This document shows positions 28,311 to 41,353 of a stretch of 64,000 bases of DNA, piece after piece. The translations under genes were made by a program, and so were the position numbers. This stretch comes from Octopus bimaculoides. Taxonomy: Eukaryota. The stretch's first letter is position 1, and each line of letters begins with the position of its first letter. The stretch lies in the NCBI RefSeq assembly GCF_001194135.2, contig NC_068996.1, forward strand, positions 39,313,504 through 39,377,503, given 5' to 3'. The notes under the pieces were generated by a model. That model was not told where the DNA came from. It saw only the letters and a program-made list of their open reading frames with translations, and made no database searches.

Positions 28311-29927
28311 CGACCGGATTTTGTGAGTGAATGTAAAGTATGTAATAAACTAAAAAGGATGTTGATACTTAACTTCTGAGTTAGTCAGATTAAATATATA
28401 CTTAGTTTTGTCTTTTTATTAATTTTTGAAGTCAGATCAAGTTTATTTAACAATGATTTTTTTTTTTTCACTTTGTATCTAGACTTGAAATAATTTTCTT
28501 CAACAGGGACTGTGTAATTCTATAGTTCTTGTCTTAAAACATGTACATCCTCAAATTACAGCATCATTTAATGTCCGTTGTCCATGCTGGCATTAGCTGG
28601 ATAGTGTGGCCAGAGCTGGGGAGCTGGGTGGGGGGAAGCTGCACCAGACTCCAGCCTGCTTTGGCATGGTTTTTATGACTGGATTCTCCTAATGCCAACC
28701 ACTTTACAGTGTGCTGGCTGCTTTTAGCACACTCTGTGAAGTGGTTGGCATTAGAAAAAGCATCCAACCACTATTGCAATGGCAAAACGGATTTTAAACA
28801 AAAATAAGGAATCTATTTTAGATACACAGGATATCAAAATCTATCGATAATTATTAACATCTGTGTGTATGTATGTACTCTTTTAATGTCATCAGCTGGA
28901 TGTCCTCTATTTTAAATGTATAGATTGTTTGGAGTCCCAACAATCCTAAATCCAGCATTGAACACACCTCTCCTTGACATATTTATTGGTTGCTAAACCA
29001 TTTCCATCCATCATCATATCACTTTTGTTGGCACACAGCACAAGAAACAAGATAAATATAAATTTGGAATTTTCTTTGTCTTGGTCAGCTGCAATTCGCT
29101 TTAAAAAAATGAGCATAAAACAAGTTCTTGTCTTTTTTGGATCCATTATTGCCTGTCTAACTCCCATAGAAATTATTAGCTTTTAAAGAAATCATTTTAT
29201 AAAGACAGTATTTTTATATAAGTAGTTAGTGAAAATTTCTGAGTGCATTTTTATCTGCTAGTAAAGTCAAGCCATGTTCAAGAAAACTCACAAATAAAAC
29301 TTATATCTTTTGTACCAGTTTGCTGGCTGGTATTTTGAAAATATTTGTATATTAAAAAAAAAAAAATTTTTTTGTTTGTCTATTGTTGATAATGAAGAAT
29401 TGTTATAATTACTTAATTACTTATAAATCATATGCACTGCTTTTTTTGTTTCTGGTACTAGAATGATTTTTGATAGATCTGCATTTGTCACATCTCATTT
29501 CATGACTGAATCACTTATCTCTTGGTTTATCTCTCTGCCTCATCCACTTAAGTATCAGATTATGCCATTTTATCACTTAAGACACATTGTTCTTGCTCAT
29601 CCCATGAGCAAACTTCTATCAAAGAATTAAAAACCTAAATAAATTACTCACTCTTAGAAAACATGTAAGTATTGCTTTACAGCCAGCTAATACTACTATC
29701 TCCTTGCTTAGCTGAGTTTGAGTAATCTAAAATCCCTTAATTTAGGAGATAATCATGTACTGTGGATTATGTAATTAAAAAAAAAAGTTGTGTAAACCTG
29801 ATTAATCTGTTAATGGTAAATATTAAAGATTTAGAATTCTCAGATGTTCAATTTAAATTATGACATTAAAGCTAGTGTATTAACTTGACAAAACAATTAT
29901 TAAAGTTGAATGATTGCTACTATCAAG

Positions 29928-30250
29928 TGTGAAGGTACACGGCTAAATGGTTAGGGTAATCAGCTCACAATCGTTAGGTTGGGAGTTTGATTCCTGGTAG
30001 CATGGCATGTCCATGAGCAAGGCATTTTATTTCACATTGCTCCAGTTCATTCAACTGGCAAAAATGAGTTGTACCAGTAATTCAAAGGGGCAAGCCATGT
30101 CGCACTCTGCATCATGCTGAATCTCCCTGAGAACTACGTTAAGGATACTCACGTTTGTGGAGTGCTCAGCCTCTTGCACAGTAATTTCATATGCATGTTG
30201 TTCCATTCATTGGATCAACTGAAACCCTCGTTGCTATAACTGACAGTGCC
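29928..30250 (+). mobile_element. tRNA-derived SINE, family C head
   Basis: GTGAAGGTACACGGCTAAATGG...GAGTTTGATTCCTGG, TGAGCAAGGCATTTTATTTCACATTGCTCCAGTTCATTCAACTG. Confidence 0.7.
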
Positions 30251-30404
30251 ACTCTAGTATACTTTCAAGTGTTAGTTGTTACATAGTAAATAATATTAGG
30301 GACTCTGCTTCAGTGTGAGAAAGCTTTGATCTTCTCCAACCTTCTATCTTCTGGTGCAGTTGAACTTGGCACTGCAGCCTAATGAAATGCTTATCTTTTA
30401 TCTT

Positions 30405-30945
30405 TTGTCTTTTACTTGTTTCAGTCATCAGACTTAGACTGTGGCCATGCTGGGGCACTGCCTAGAATTTTTTTTTTTTTAAGCCTGGTACTTATTCTAT
30501 TGGTCTCTTTTGCTGAATTGCTATGTTACATGGATGTAAGCATACCAACACTGGTTGTCGAGTGGTGGTGGTAGTTACACACACACACACACATATACGA
30601 CAGACTTCTTTCAGTTTCCGTCTACTAAATCCACTCCAAAGGGTTTGATTGGCCTGAGGCTATAGTAGAAGACACTTGCCCAAAGTGCTGCACAGTGGGA
30701 CTGAACCTGAAACTATGTGGTTGAGAAGAAAGCTTTTTAACCACTGAGTCATGCCTGTGAGTATGTATATATGCATGTATGTATATATACAACAAGCTTC
30801 TTTCTGTTTCCGTCTGCCAAATCCATTCACAAGGCTTTGGTCAGCCCAAGGCTATAGTAGAAGGCATTTAAGGTACTTTGTAGTGGGACTGAACCTGGCA
30901 CCATGTGGTTGGGAAGCAAACTTCTTACAGCACAGCTACTATGCC
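30405..30945 (-). mobile_element. SINE family A: full copy (30405-30755) plus an adjacent 5'-half copy
   Basis: Reverse complement of the family A head and tail. Confidence 0.85.
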
Positions 30946-31553
30946 TTACTTTATTTTTTTTAATCAGAAACTTAGATACAGTGTGACTACAATAGAATGT
31001 GAGCCCCACCCCAACTCTTTTGCCTGTAGCTGTAACTCTCCTCAAATTACCTATTCCAACAATTGATATTATCCAAATTTACAAGACTAGACATGAAACA
31101 CTTACACATTCACTCAATGCTGGCTCAGATAACTTGAATCTTTTCCATGCTAGTTACACACATGACCTTTTTGATCTTCATAATCTTGATCATTATTTCA
31201 GTGATTTTTTTTTCTTTTTTTTTTCTACAGTTGTTTGGACAGTTCTGCATAACAAACGTTCTGACTTCTCTGTAAAGTTCAAAATTTTTCAGGTTTTCAT
31301 GTAGTATAACCTCACCGTGGTACTTCCACTTATTGGTGCCCACTTCTCTCAATGTGATTCTACATGTTGATTGCATATTCAGTTACTTTTTCAATTGACT
31401 AATACTTGTTTAAAAATTCCCCCACTCATAATAAAATTTTGGTGATCATTTTGAAACCTCAAATATTTTTGTTACTAATACATTGTTTTCATAAATTTTA
31501 AAGTTTCTCCTAAATTATACTTTTTTTTTTGTTTGAGCTGAACTCACTTAGTC

Positions 31554-32123
31554 CAGTGTTTTTCAACTGGGGTTCATATGACGCTAGGGAATCCATATGG
31601 CCCCTGAGGGTCTGTATGGCCCTTGGAGGTCCATATAAGATTTTGTTAAAATTTATCGGCAACAAATTGGTTATTCTACAATACACAAAATATAAAAAAA
31701 ATTTTTAATACAATTTGTAATCATCTTAATCATTCTCATTGTCATTATCATCATCATTTAATATCTGTTTTCCATGCTGGCATGGGCAAGATGGTTTAAC
31801 TCGAGCTAGTAAGCTGGAAAGCTGTACCAGGTTCCTGTCTGTTTCAGCTTGGTTTCTACTACTGGATGCCCTTCCTAATGCCAACCATATTACAGAGTGT
31901 AGGGGGTGCCTTTCATGCATCACCAACATGGGTGCCTTTTCCATGTCACTGGCACAGGTGACTTTTATGTGCCACCAGCATGGGTGCCTTTTACATGTTA
32001 CTGACACTAACTACAACTAAGATTTCACCTAGCTTTTTTCACATACCGAATGGCTATGGAAGCCCAGTAGAGTAAAATAGAAACCAAAGGGGTCTATTGG
32101 TAAAAAATGGTTGAGACCCACTG
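31554..32123. mobile_element. hAT-type MITE, family 2, interrupted by an RTE-tail repeat, ending about 100 bp before UBL3 exon 2
   Basis: Ends CAGTGTTTTTCAAC ... GGTTGAGACCCACTG. The internal gggtccatataagattttgtt motif is shared with the copies at 6168, 54887 and 60124. Confidence 0.65.
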
Positions 32124-32220
32124 GCTTGGAGTATTCTGTATAATTTATGTTTCAAGAAATTCTCTGTTGCAATTCACTGTACCTCACTTAACACATACTC
32201 ATTTCTTTTTTTGTCTTCAG

Positions 32221-32329
32221 ATCACAATACGACTAATATTAGTCAGTGGGAAAACAAAAGAGTTTATATTTTCTCCTAATGATTCAGCTGCTGACATTAC
32301 AGAATATGTTTATAGTAATTGGCCAGAAG
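32221..32329 (+). CDS. UBL3: UBL3 coding exon 2 ([15 protein letters not shown]...SNWPE)
   Basis: Acceptor tttttttgtcttcag|ATC, donor GAAG|gtaagt; 109 nt, phase 0 to phase 1. Confidence 0.97.
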
Positions 32330-35300
32330 GTAAGTTATGCTATTGTTGTTATTGAGATTAATGTTTTTGTTGTGTGAGAGGTAAGCTGCTGGTGCACTGA
32401 CTATATCACATAGTTTCAATTATCAACTTTAGCAGTTTCCTTTCTATTTATGAAAGCTAAAAATATACTCCTCTTAAAAATGTAAAATTTGGTGCTTTTT
32501 GAGAAATTGCTATTGTTTAGACCCAGGTCAGTCTTGAACCAGCTTTGATCATATCTAGTCCAGTCATGACCATCCTGCTTTCTATTAAGTCATGTAATAC
32601 CGCATTATCCAAAGTATATGTCCTTTTTAAAAATAGCAATATATTTTGAGGTAGTACTGGTTGCTGTTTGTAATAGAATGAGCAACTACATAAAGGCTCT
32701 CTCATTGGCTTGTTGAGAAGCAATTATTTATTCCCTAGGTCTTATTAAAACTTAGACCCAAATTTCCAATTAATGATTAATTATACACCACTGATTAACA
32801 GAAAAGAATGAATGCGCTTGGTAGATATTTCTTCATGTATCAGTCTGATTTTATGCTTGTGTATTAAAAAAACAAACAACCAACCTCTTATGTATATAAA
32901 ACAGTCAGTTATGACCAGGTTTATATGCATAACAATCCTGTAGTTTGATGCCTCTTACCACTCCATTTGGTAGTTTGAGCTTGCTGTTTGTGATGGAATG
33001 AGCAACTACATAAATCTTAAATATTTTAAGAATTGCTAAAATAATATTTACATGATGTTGGATTGAATCAAATAGCCATAATGCTTTACGGCCAAGTATT
33101 TTAGTTAAGAGAAATTTTTATTATATATTGAAATTATGATGTCATTCAAACAGAATGAGACTACTGAAACATGTGTACTGGATATTTAGTTCCAATCTTG
33201 TTGAGGTTTTTGACTCTTTCATTTCAAGGAAATCAAAAAAATGAAATGTGTGTGTCAGGTCTGTTCAGTCGGATAGGCCTTTCCGAGACCACACCAGTTT
33301 ATGGCCTTGTGCCATTGTAAGAAATCAGTATTTTAGTTCTCTGTATTGCATCAAATGTTTGTTTTAAGAGAATTAATGAAAGTCATAACTTTTCATTTAT
33401 GTATCAGCAAGAAATAATTATTTTACAACCATATATCTAGTCACAATATCAAATTATTTGAAATGAATATTTTTCTGTAGTAATATAGTAAAACTGGAAT
33501 AAGAATTGATATTTTTGTCTTGTGTGACATACAGTTGTTTCATAATTTCTTAATAATAATCATTATTGATTTTCCCCTTTTTTTAAAATTTATTCTTCAG
33601 CTATAAATTTAATACATTTCAGAATATTTTTCTAACTTATTTTATATGTATTTTAGATTGGGCAGATGAAGTTTTGCCATCTACAAATATTTTGAGGTTG
33701 ATTTACCAAGGACGGTTTCTTCATGGAAATGTAACCCTTGGAGGTAAGTAACATTTGTTTACTTTTTTTTTTTACATCTTAAATTTAATAATTAACCCTT
33801 TTGTTACCATATTTATGTTAAAATACACTGCCTTTGTTTCAATTAATTTTTAGAATAATATTTAGTAAAATAACCTTCTCTTTATTAAACTGGAGTCTGG
33901 AACAATTTAGCATAAAATTTTGTTGGAATATTATGATTTAGACTTCTTTAAAACAGTAAATTCATGTCATAGAACATGGGGTGGTCCCAGGTGGGCTGTT
34001 AACCAAAGGGTGAAAAGGTGGAAGGTACTGTGAAACGAGAGGTAAACTCTCTAATAGCTAAAATTGCAATTTAGTTTCAATTTATATTTAAATCCATCTC
34101 ATTTCAATTATGTTGTTAATGCCTTGGGGAAAGGCATGATTTTCAGTTTTTCTGTTTGTAAGTATGCAATTTTTGGCAAACTAATATATCATCAGTTAAT
34201 GGCTGTTTTCCATGCTGGCATGGGTTGGATGGTTTGAGAGGAGCTAGTAAGCCGGAGGATTGCGCCAAGCTCTATTGTCTGCTTCGGCATGGTTTCTACA
34301 GCTTGATGCTCTTCCTAATATCAACCACTTTACAGTATGTACTGGGTGCTTTTTATGTGGCACCAGCACCAGAAAGGTCACCAAATAACTTGAAAGACAG
34401 AAGACCTTTCAACCTTCAGAGGGAGTGGTATTGAGAGAGGTGGTTTTGTGCTTGATGAGCCGTTAAACTCTATGAGAGGGACAGAAATAGATGTTTTGCT
34501 GTAGAGGAGATATATAACTACCCCAGTTGGTGAGAGAGAGAAATGGTGGTAGAGATGTCGGACAGCTAGGTGAAATGATACAGCCGATTGGACAGAGTGA
34601 GTGGAAAGAAGGCTGATAGAGGAGGAAGTGTGAGAGATGTTTAGAGATGAGGTAGATCTGACTTGACTGTAGCTAGTGATATAGTGAGAGATGTAGGAGT
34701 GGCTCAGAATGGAGTGGGATGGGGGTTACATTAGATGTGTGAGGGCATTGAGAGCAATAGCAGATAAGAGGTGCTAAGGGCGGAGTATAACAGAGGAGGG
34801 TGAGAAAGAGAGCAAAGGCAGAAAGCCAGTGATTTGTGGAAATAGTGGAAGGAGGGGGAAGATAATGAGGAATGGAAGTGGTTGTGTTTGGGTAGTAACT
34901 AAAAGGGAGTGGGGACAGTATGTTGTTATTCTGCTCTCAGGTGATGATTTCAGTAGCTAAGTAGTACCATAGTCAGAGAAGAGACAAGTGTTAGGGGCTG
35001 AGATATTGGAGAAAAGCTTGATAACTCCACCAACCAACTAACCAACCACCCACATACACATACAGGCATTACCGAAGTGGTTTTAGGGTATAATTTCTGC
35101 TATGGTGGTTGGGTTTTCTTGACCACAGCAAAATGCCAGTAATCTCCTACTTCTAATACTTCATCCAATGTCTTCCTGTGTCTCCATCTTCCACAAGTTC
35201 TGTCTACTTTAAGCAATTAACACTTCTTTATGCAACTGTCCTCATCCATATTCATTACATGACCAAACCAGTGAAGTCTTCTCGCTTGCATGCTGAATCT

Positions 35301-38300
35301 AATTTCTCTAATGCCTAACTTTCCTCTCAGTACACTAGCACTTTGTTACATGAGAGCTGATATTGCAATCCAACAGTGCACACATGCTTCATTTTTTTCT
35401 AGTCTTTGTATGTTCTCTGTATTTAGGCCCCACATCTCACTACCTTGTAACATTGCAGTTTGTACACAAGCATTATATAATTTTCATTTTATTTGGAGAA
35501 GCTTTTTATTGTCAACTGAAATTAAAGTTCTCTGAATTTTCTCCATCCTCATCTTATTTTAGCAACTATACTTTTAGGACATTCATCTCCACTGCTAATT
35601 AAGTCACCTAAGGAACAGAAATCATCAATTACCTCTAGAGAGCTTCCAGAACATATGAGAAAATCAATTTCCCGTGTATCTGTAGTCTTTATGATGACAC
35701 CTGTGCACCTTCCACACACAAACACTTTCTCCATTAACCTTCCTATAATTCCACTGAGCCTCTTGTATGTCCATAGCTTACACTAGGTATACCATATGAA
35801 ATTCTTGTCTACTCCATTGCTACATACTGGAAGGGCCATTCACCTGAAGGATGTAATGTCTTGTCTATTTTCTTGTTTACTAGAACTTTAGTCTTTGCTA
35901 AGTTTAACTCTAAAACCCATCAGTTCCAGGTTTTGCCTCCACACCTGGAATTTCTAACTCTGTTACTGCTTCTGCTATGAGAGTGAGATCATTTGGTGTA
36001 ATAGTTGTTCCGAAGGGCAGCTAGTCTAAAATTTCATTATCATCATCAGGAGGACAATGGTGAATAGGAGAGGACTGAAATCTGAGCCCTGATGAATGCC
36101 TACCTGTACACTAAATTTGTCACTGTACTTATGGTTAACTTTTTTACCTTACTGACAACACCCCTGTCCATGGCCTGTACAGCTTTGACAAGCTATTTGT
36201 CTATCTCTAGCTTCCTCATTGCCCACATATCACAGAGCAAGAATTTCTCTAGGTCAATGGATATCAATTACAGTGGTTTATTCTGAGCTGAATACTTTTC
36301 CTGCATTTATTTGACTAAAAGATAGTGTCAGTAGTACTTCTCCCTAGTCAAACTGCATTTCATCTACTCTAATTCTGTTCCTGATTAATTGGGTTGTAAC
36401 TCTCTCCGTAACTTTTATGATGTGGTCCAATAATTTGATACTTCCATAATTACTTCTGTCTTTACCCTTGTAGCAGCTGACTATTATTATGCTGCTACAC
36501 CAGTCATTGGGGACGACACCTTCCTGAATAACTAATTAACTATATGGGTAACTAGACTGTATCCTACTCCGCCAGATATTTTAAGCATCTCAACAGTAAT
36601 TCCAAATGGACCAGAGACTTTTCTTTGTCTTCATATCCTTAATTGCCTTATCTGTCATACTGCTGTCAACTAGAATAGCTGGCCTCGGTTGGGTTCAACA
36701 TACGGGGGTGGGAGTGGGGGGGGGATCCCTTTCTCCCATTCATGAAGTTACTTAGATTTAAGAAACAAGACATGGTAGGTATGCTCTTGTAAATTGTGAG
36801 CCAGTGCCATATCTAGTTGGCTACTTCACGTCAACTTAACTAAATCGTCTCTTTTNNNNNNNNNNNNNNNNNNNNNNNNNNNNNNNNNNNNNNNNNNNNN
36901 NNNNNNNNNNNNNNNNNNNNNNNNNNNNNNNNNNNNNNNNNNNNNNNNNNNNNNNNNNNNNNNNNNNNNNNNNNNNNNNNNNNNNNNNNNNNNNNNNNNN
37001 NNNNNNNNNNNNNNNNNNNNNNNNNNNNNNNNNNNNNNNNNNNNNNNNNNNNNNNNNNNNNNNNNNNNNNNNNNNNNNNNNNNNNNNNNNNNNNNNNNNN
37101 NNNNNNNNNNNNNNNNNNNNNNNNNNNNNNNNNNNNNNNNNNNNNNNNNNNNNNNNNNNNNNNNNNNNNNNNNNNNNNNNNNNNNNNNNNNNNNNNNNNN
37201 NNNNNNNNNNNNNNNNNNNNNNNNNNNNNNNNNNNNNNNNNNNNNNNNNNNNNNNNNNNNNNNNNNNNNNNNNNNNNNNNNNNNNNNNNNNNNNNNNNNN
37301 NNNNNNNNNNNNNNNNNNNNNNNNNNNNNNNNNNNNNNNNNNNNNNNNNNNNNNNNNNNNNNNNNNNNNNNNNNNNNNNNNNNNNNNNNNNNNNNNNNNN
37401 NNNNNNNNNNNNNNNNNNNNNNNNNNNNNNNNNNNNNNNNNNNNNNNNNNNNNNNNNNNNNNNNNNNNNNNNNNNNNNNNNNNNNNNNNNNNNNNNNNNN
37501 NNNNNNNNNNNNNNNNNNNNNNNNNNNNNNNNNNNNNNNNNNNNNNNNNNNNNNNNNNNNNNNNNNNNNNNNAGTTTCTACAGCTGGATACCCTTCCTAA
37601 CGCCAACCACTCAGAGAGTGTAGTGGGTGCTTTTACGTGTCACCCGCATGAAAACGGCCACGCTTGAAATGGTGTCTTTTATGTGCCACCCGCACAAGCC
37701 AGTCCAGGGGCACTGGCAATGATCTCACTCGAAAATCCTACGGGAGCCAGTCAGGCGGTACTGGCAACGGCCACGCTCAAAATTGTGCATCTCATGTGCC
37801 ACCCGCACAAGAGCCAGTCCAGGGGCACTGGCAACGATCTTACTTGGCTTGCCGGGTCTTCTCACGCACAGCACATCTCCAAAGGTCTATGAACAAAAAG
37901 ATATTGGTATATCTCATGAACATGTCTAATCTCTTTTTCTTATCACCAGATTCACTTGAAAATTCACAAACGTATTCCATGCTCAAACTTAAGGTTAATC
38001 ATTGCTTACTGTAACTTATATTTAGCTTTGAACTTTAATTATATAAACAATCACGTAGAGGAAAGAAACGAAAAAGATAAGGTTCATAATTCCAATATAA
38101 GAATTTAAAATTCCTTATTTTTAGTCAAAACACATACACACACAATTGAGGAGTAATTATATGATAATTTTTGAGGGTTTTGAGTAATTATATAATAATT
38201 TTCAATAGGTGCAGGAGTGGCTGTGTGGTAAATAGCTTGCTTACCAACCACATGGTTCCGGGTTCAGTCCCACTGTGTGGCACCTTTGGCAAGTGTCTTC

Positions 38301-38369
38301 TATAGCCTCAGGCCAACCAAAGCCTTGTAAGTGAATTTGGTAGATGGAAACTGAAAGAAACCCATCGTG

Positions 38370-38429
<60 letters not shown>

Positions 38430-41312
38430 TCCCCCCACCATCGCTTGACAACCGATGCTGGTGTGTTTATGTCCCCGTAACTTAGCGGTTCGGCAAAAAG
38501 AGATTGATAGAATAAGTACTGGACTTACAAAGAATAAGTCTTGGGGTTGATTTGCTCGACTAAAAGCAGTGCTCCTGCATGGCCGCATTCAAATGACTGA
38601 AACAAGTAAAAGAGTTATAAGAAAGGCTTGAGAAATGCCAGAAAATTTAGTGGTATTGATTTTTCAAGTTATCTTGGTAAAAATCAGCATTTGTATCTCC
38701 CCCATTCCCCAGTTTAAAAATTTCCTTGTTTGTTGACAATGTAATTAGATCACTTTATGGAATTTCTTCAAATTAAGAATTATAGTTTCTGACTTTAACA
38801 AAATTAAATGCTTTTATTTTATTTTTGAGCAGTTATTGTTGTAGGAAGTAAGTGCTACAGTATCACAGAGAACATGCCTCGTAGTATGTTTTTTTTTCTT
38901 TTTCATTTTGGTTCTTTATGCTTATACATGAAGACACATGGCTTTGTGGTTAGGATGTTGCACTCATGATTGGAAGGTTGTGAGTTTGATTCCTGAACTG
39001 GGCAGTAAGTTAGTCTTTGAGCAAAACACCTCATTTCACATTGCTCTAATGCTGTGTGGGAATTGGTGTGTCAAAGAACAGTCCCAACATTTCCTCTGCG
39101 TGTCGTTAAAGGCAACTAAAAGAGGTTTGCACTCCGACCTTGTAAAACCTTCACCAGCAACAACTATCCAAAGAAAGACCCGTGAGTGGTGCAAAGATGT
39201 CATCTGCTAGGGTTTGGGAATTACCAACATGGTAGATGCAGCAGTGTGCTGTTACAGCACTTGTGACCCCCCCCCCTCCCATGTTACTAGTACCACTGTA
39301 TGCTTTGAAATCTGCTGAGGTCAGCTTAGCTTTTTATACCCTCTGGGGTGGGGTGGGGGTGTCAATGGTTTCAGCTAATCCCACTCCCCATCAAAATTGT
39401 TGGCTTTGTTCATAAATTAGAGACAATCTTGTATTTAGTTTGATCCTTAATCCGACTTCAAACACTGTTGTCTTTTGTTCTTGGCTTGACATAAGTTACC
39501 TGTAATATAATATTACTTCAGTAGATTCGCTAATTGCCTGTGTGGCTAAGACGTTTGCTTTGCAAAGGCAAACAGGTAGTTCCGGGTTCAATCCCACTCT
39601 GCAACACCGTTGGCATGTTTTCTCTCATTGCCTCAGATTCACTGATATTTTACGTATGGAACATCATAATGGAAACTGTGCAAAAGGCCAGTGTGTGTGT
39701 GTGTGTATATATGAGAGTCTGTTTTTGTTTTTGCTGTTTTGGGTGTTCCTTGGGACATTTTTCTATGATGAACCCTTATTTTCATGTTTGAATCCCTAGC
39801 TGCTGAACATTTTCGCTTGTGTGATAAGTGTAGGCATGGCTACAGGTGCAGCAGTTGTTATGTTGTTAAGAAGTTAGCTTCTTAACAATATAGCCATGTA
39901 TTGCTTTGGATTCAGTTCACACTGGTTGGCACCTTGGTCAAGTGTCTTCTACACTAGAATTTGTTTGATGGAAACTGAAAGAAGGTTATCGTGTGTATAT
40001 TAGTGACAGAGGCAGTATTACTACCAAGCAGTAATATTTATCCCCACTTAAACATGGATGTTCGGTTAGAACAAACTTTATTGCAGTTTCTCTCATATAT
40101 CTATATAAATAATTGAAATTGAACCAAATTCGACGACTGGCACCCATGCCAACCTTTCCTTCATTGGACACTAAACTCTGCTTGCAAAGACCTGTTGGGG
40201 CAAGTGAAATCGAAATCGTAATTGAACCAAATTCGATGGCTGGCACCTGTGCCAGTGGAGCGCTGACAGCACTGTCGGAGCGTGATCATTGCCAGAGCAA
40301 CTGTCTGTCTGGCTTCCATGCTGGTGGCACATAAATAGCACCATTTGAGCGTGATCGTTACCAGCGTCGCCTTACTGGCACTTGTGCCGGTAGCACGTGA
40401 AAAAACATACGAGCGAGGCCGTTGCCAAAGCTGCTGGACTGGCTCCTGTGCAGGTGGCACGTAAAAAACACCATTTTGAGCGTGGCCATTGCCAGTACCG
40501 TCTGACTGGCCCTTGTGCTGGTGGCATGTAAAAGCACCCACTACACTCTCGGAGTGGTTGGTGTTAGGAAGGGCATCCAGCTGTAGAAACTCTGCCTGAT
40601 CAGATTGGAGCCTGGTGCAGCCATCTGGTTCGCCAGTCCTCAGTCAAATCGTCCAACCCATGCGAGCATGGAAAGCGGACGTTAAACGATGATAATGAAG
40701 ATATATATATAGATATAAGACGTAATTAGGATTCAGTTGAATTAGGTACTTCAGTTGAGGCACCAAGTCAGTCCAGTATTGCCCTCATAGCAGCTTGAAG
40801 TTAGATGAATAAAAAGCAAATAAGTCACAAGGATGGGCAGGTATTACTGCATTACAGCCATTTCAAGTAGTTCCGTTTAATTGATCAATGCAAACATTAC
40901 ATCAATTTGTTAAAAAATTATAATGGAGTATCCTGTAGGTTGGAAATCTATATGAGAATGGAGGAGAGTGGTTTATTTCAAACTGATGTAATGTTTCCAT
41001 TGATTGATTAAATGGAGCCACTTGAAACAGCCGTAATGCACTGTTACCTAGACATCCTTGTTACTTATCTGCTTTATTTATATATATATATATATTATAC
41101 ATAGATACAGCATGCGTGACTGTCTAATTGAGACATGCTTGTTCTTTTCTTTTTATGTTTTCTTTCTCCTCATCCCTCCCCTCTGTAGAACATAAGCTCA
41201 TAACATTAGACTTCCTCCAGTTTTCCTGAGTGTTAACCTAATAAACATTATTTTTTTTTTTTACCTCATCTTTGTGTGTGTGTGTGTGTGTGTTTTTTAT
41301 TTTTTATTCATG

Positions 41313-41353
<41 letters not shown>

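Noticed and set aside
28946-29186. Overlapping 70-aa ORFs on both strands, possibly a transposase fragment
   Set aside because: No diagnostic motif was recognised.
38207-38290. tRNA-like sequences with Pol III A and B boxes
   Set aside because: These are SINE heads; there is no complete cloverleaf and they continue into the SINE body.
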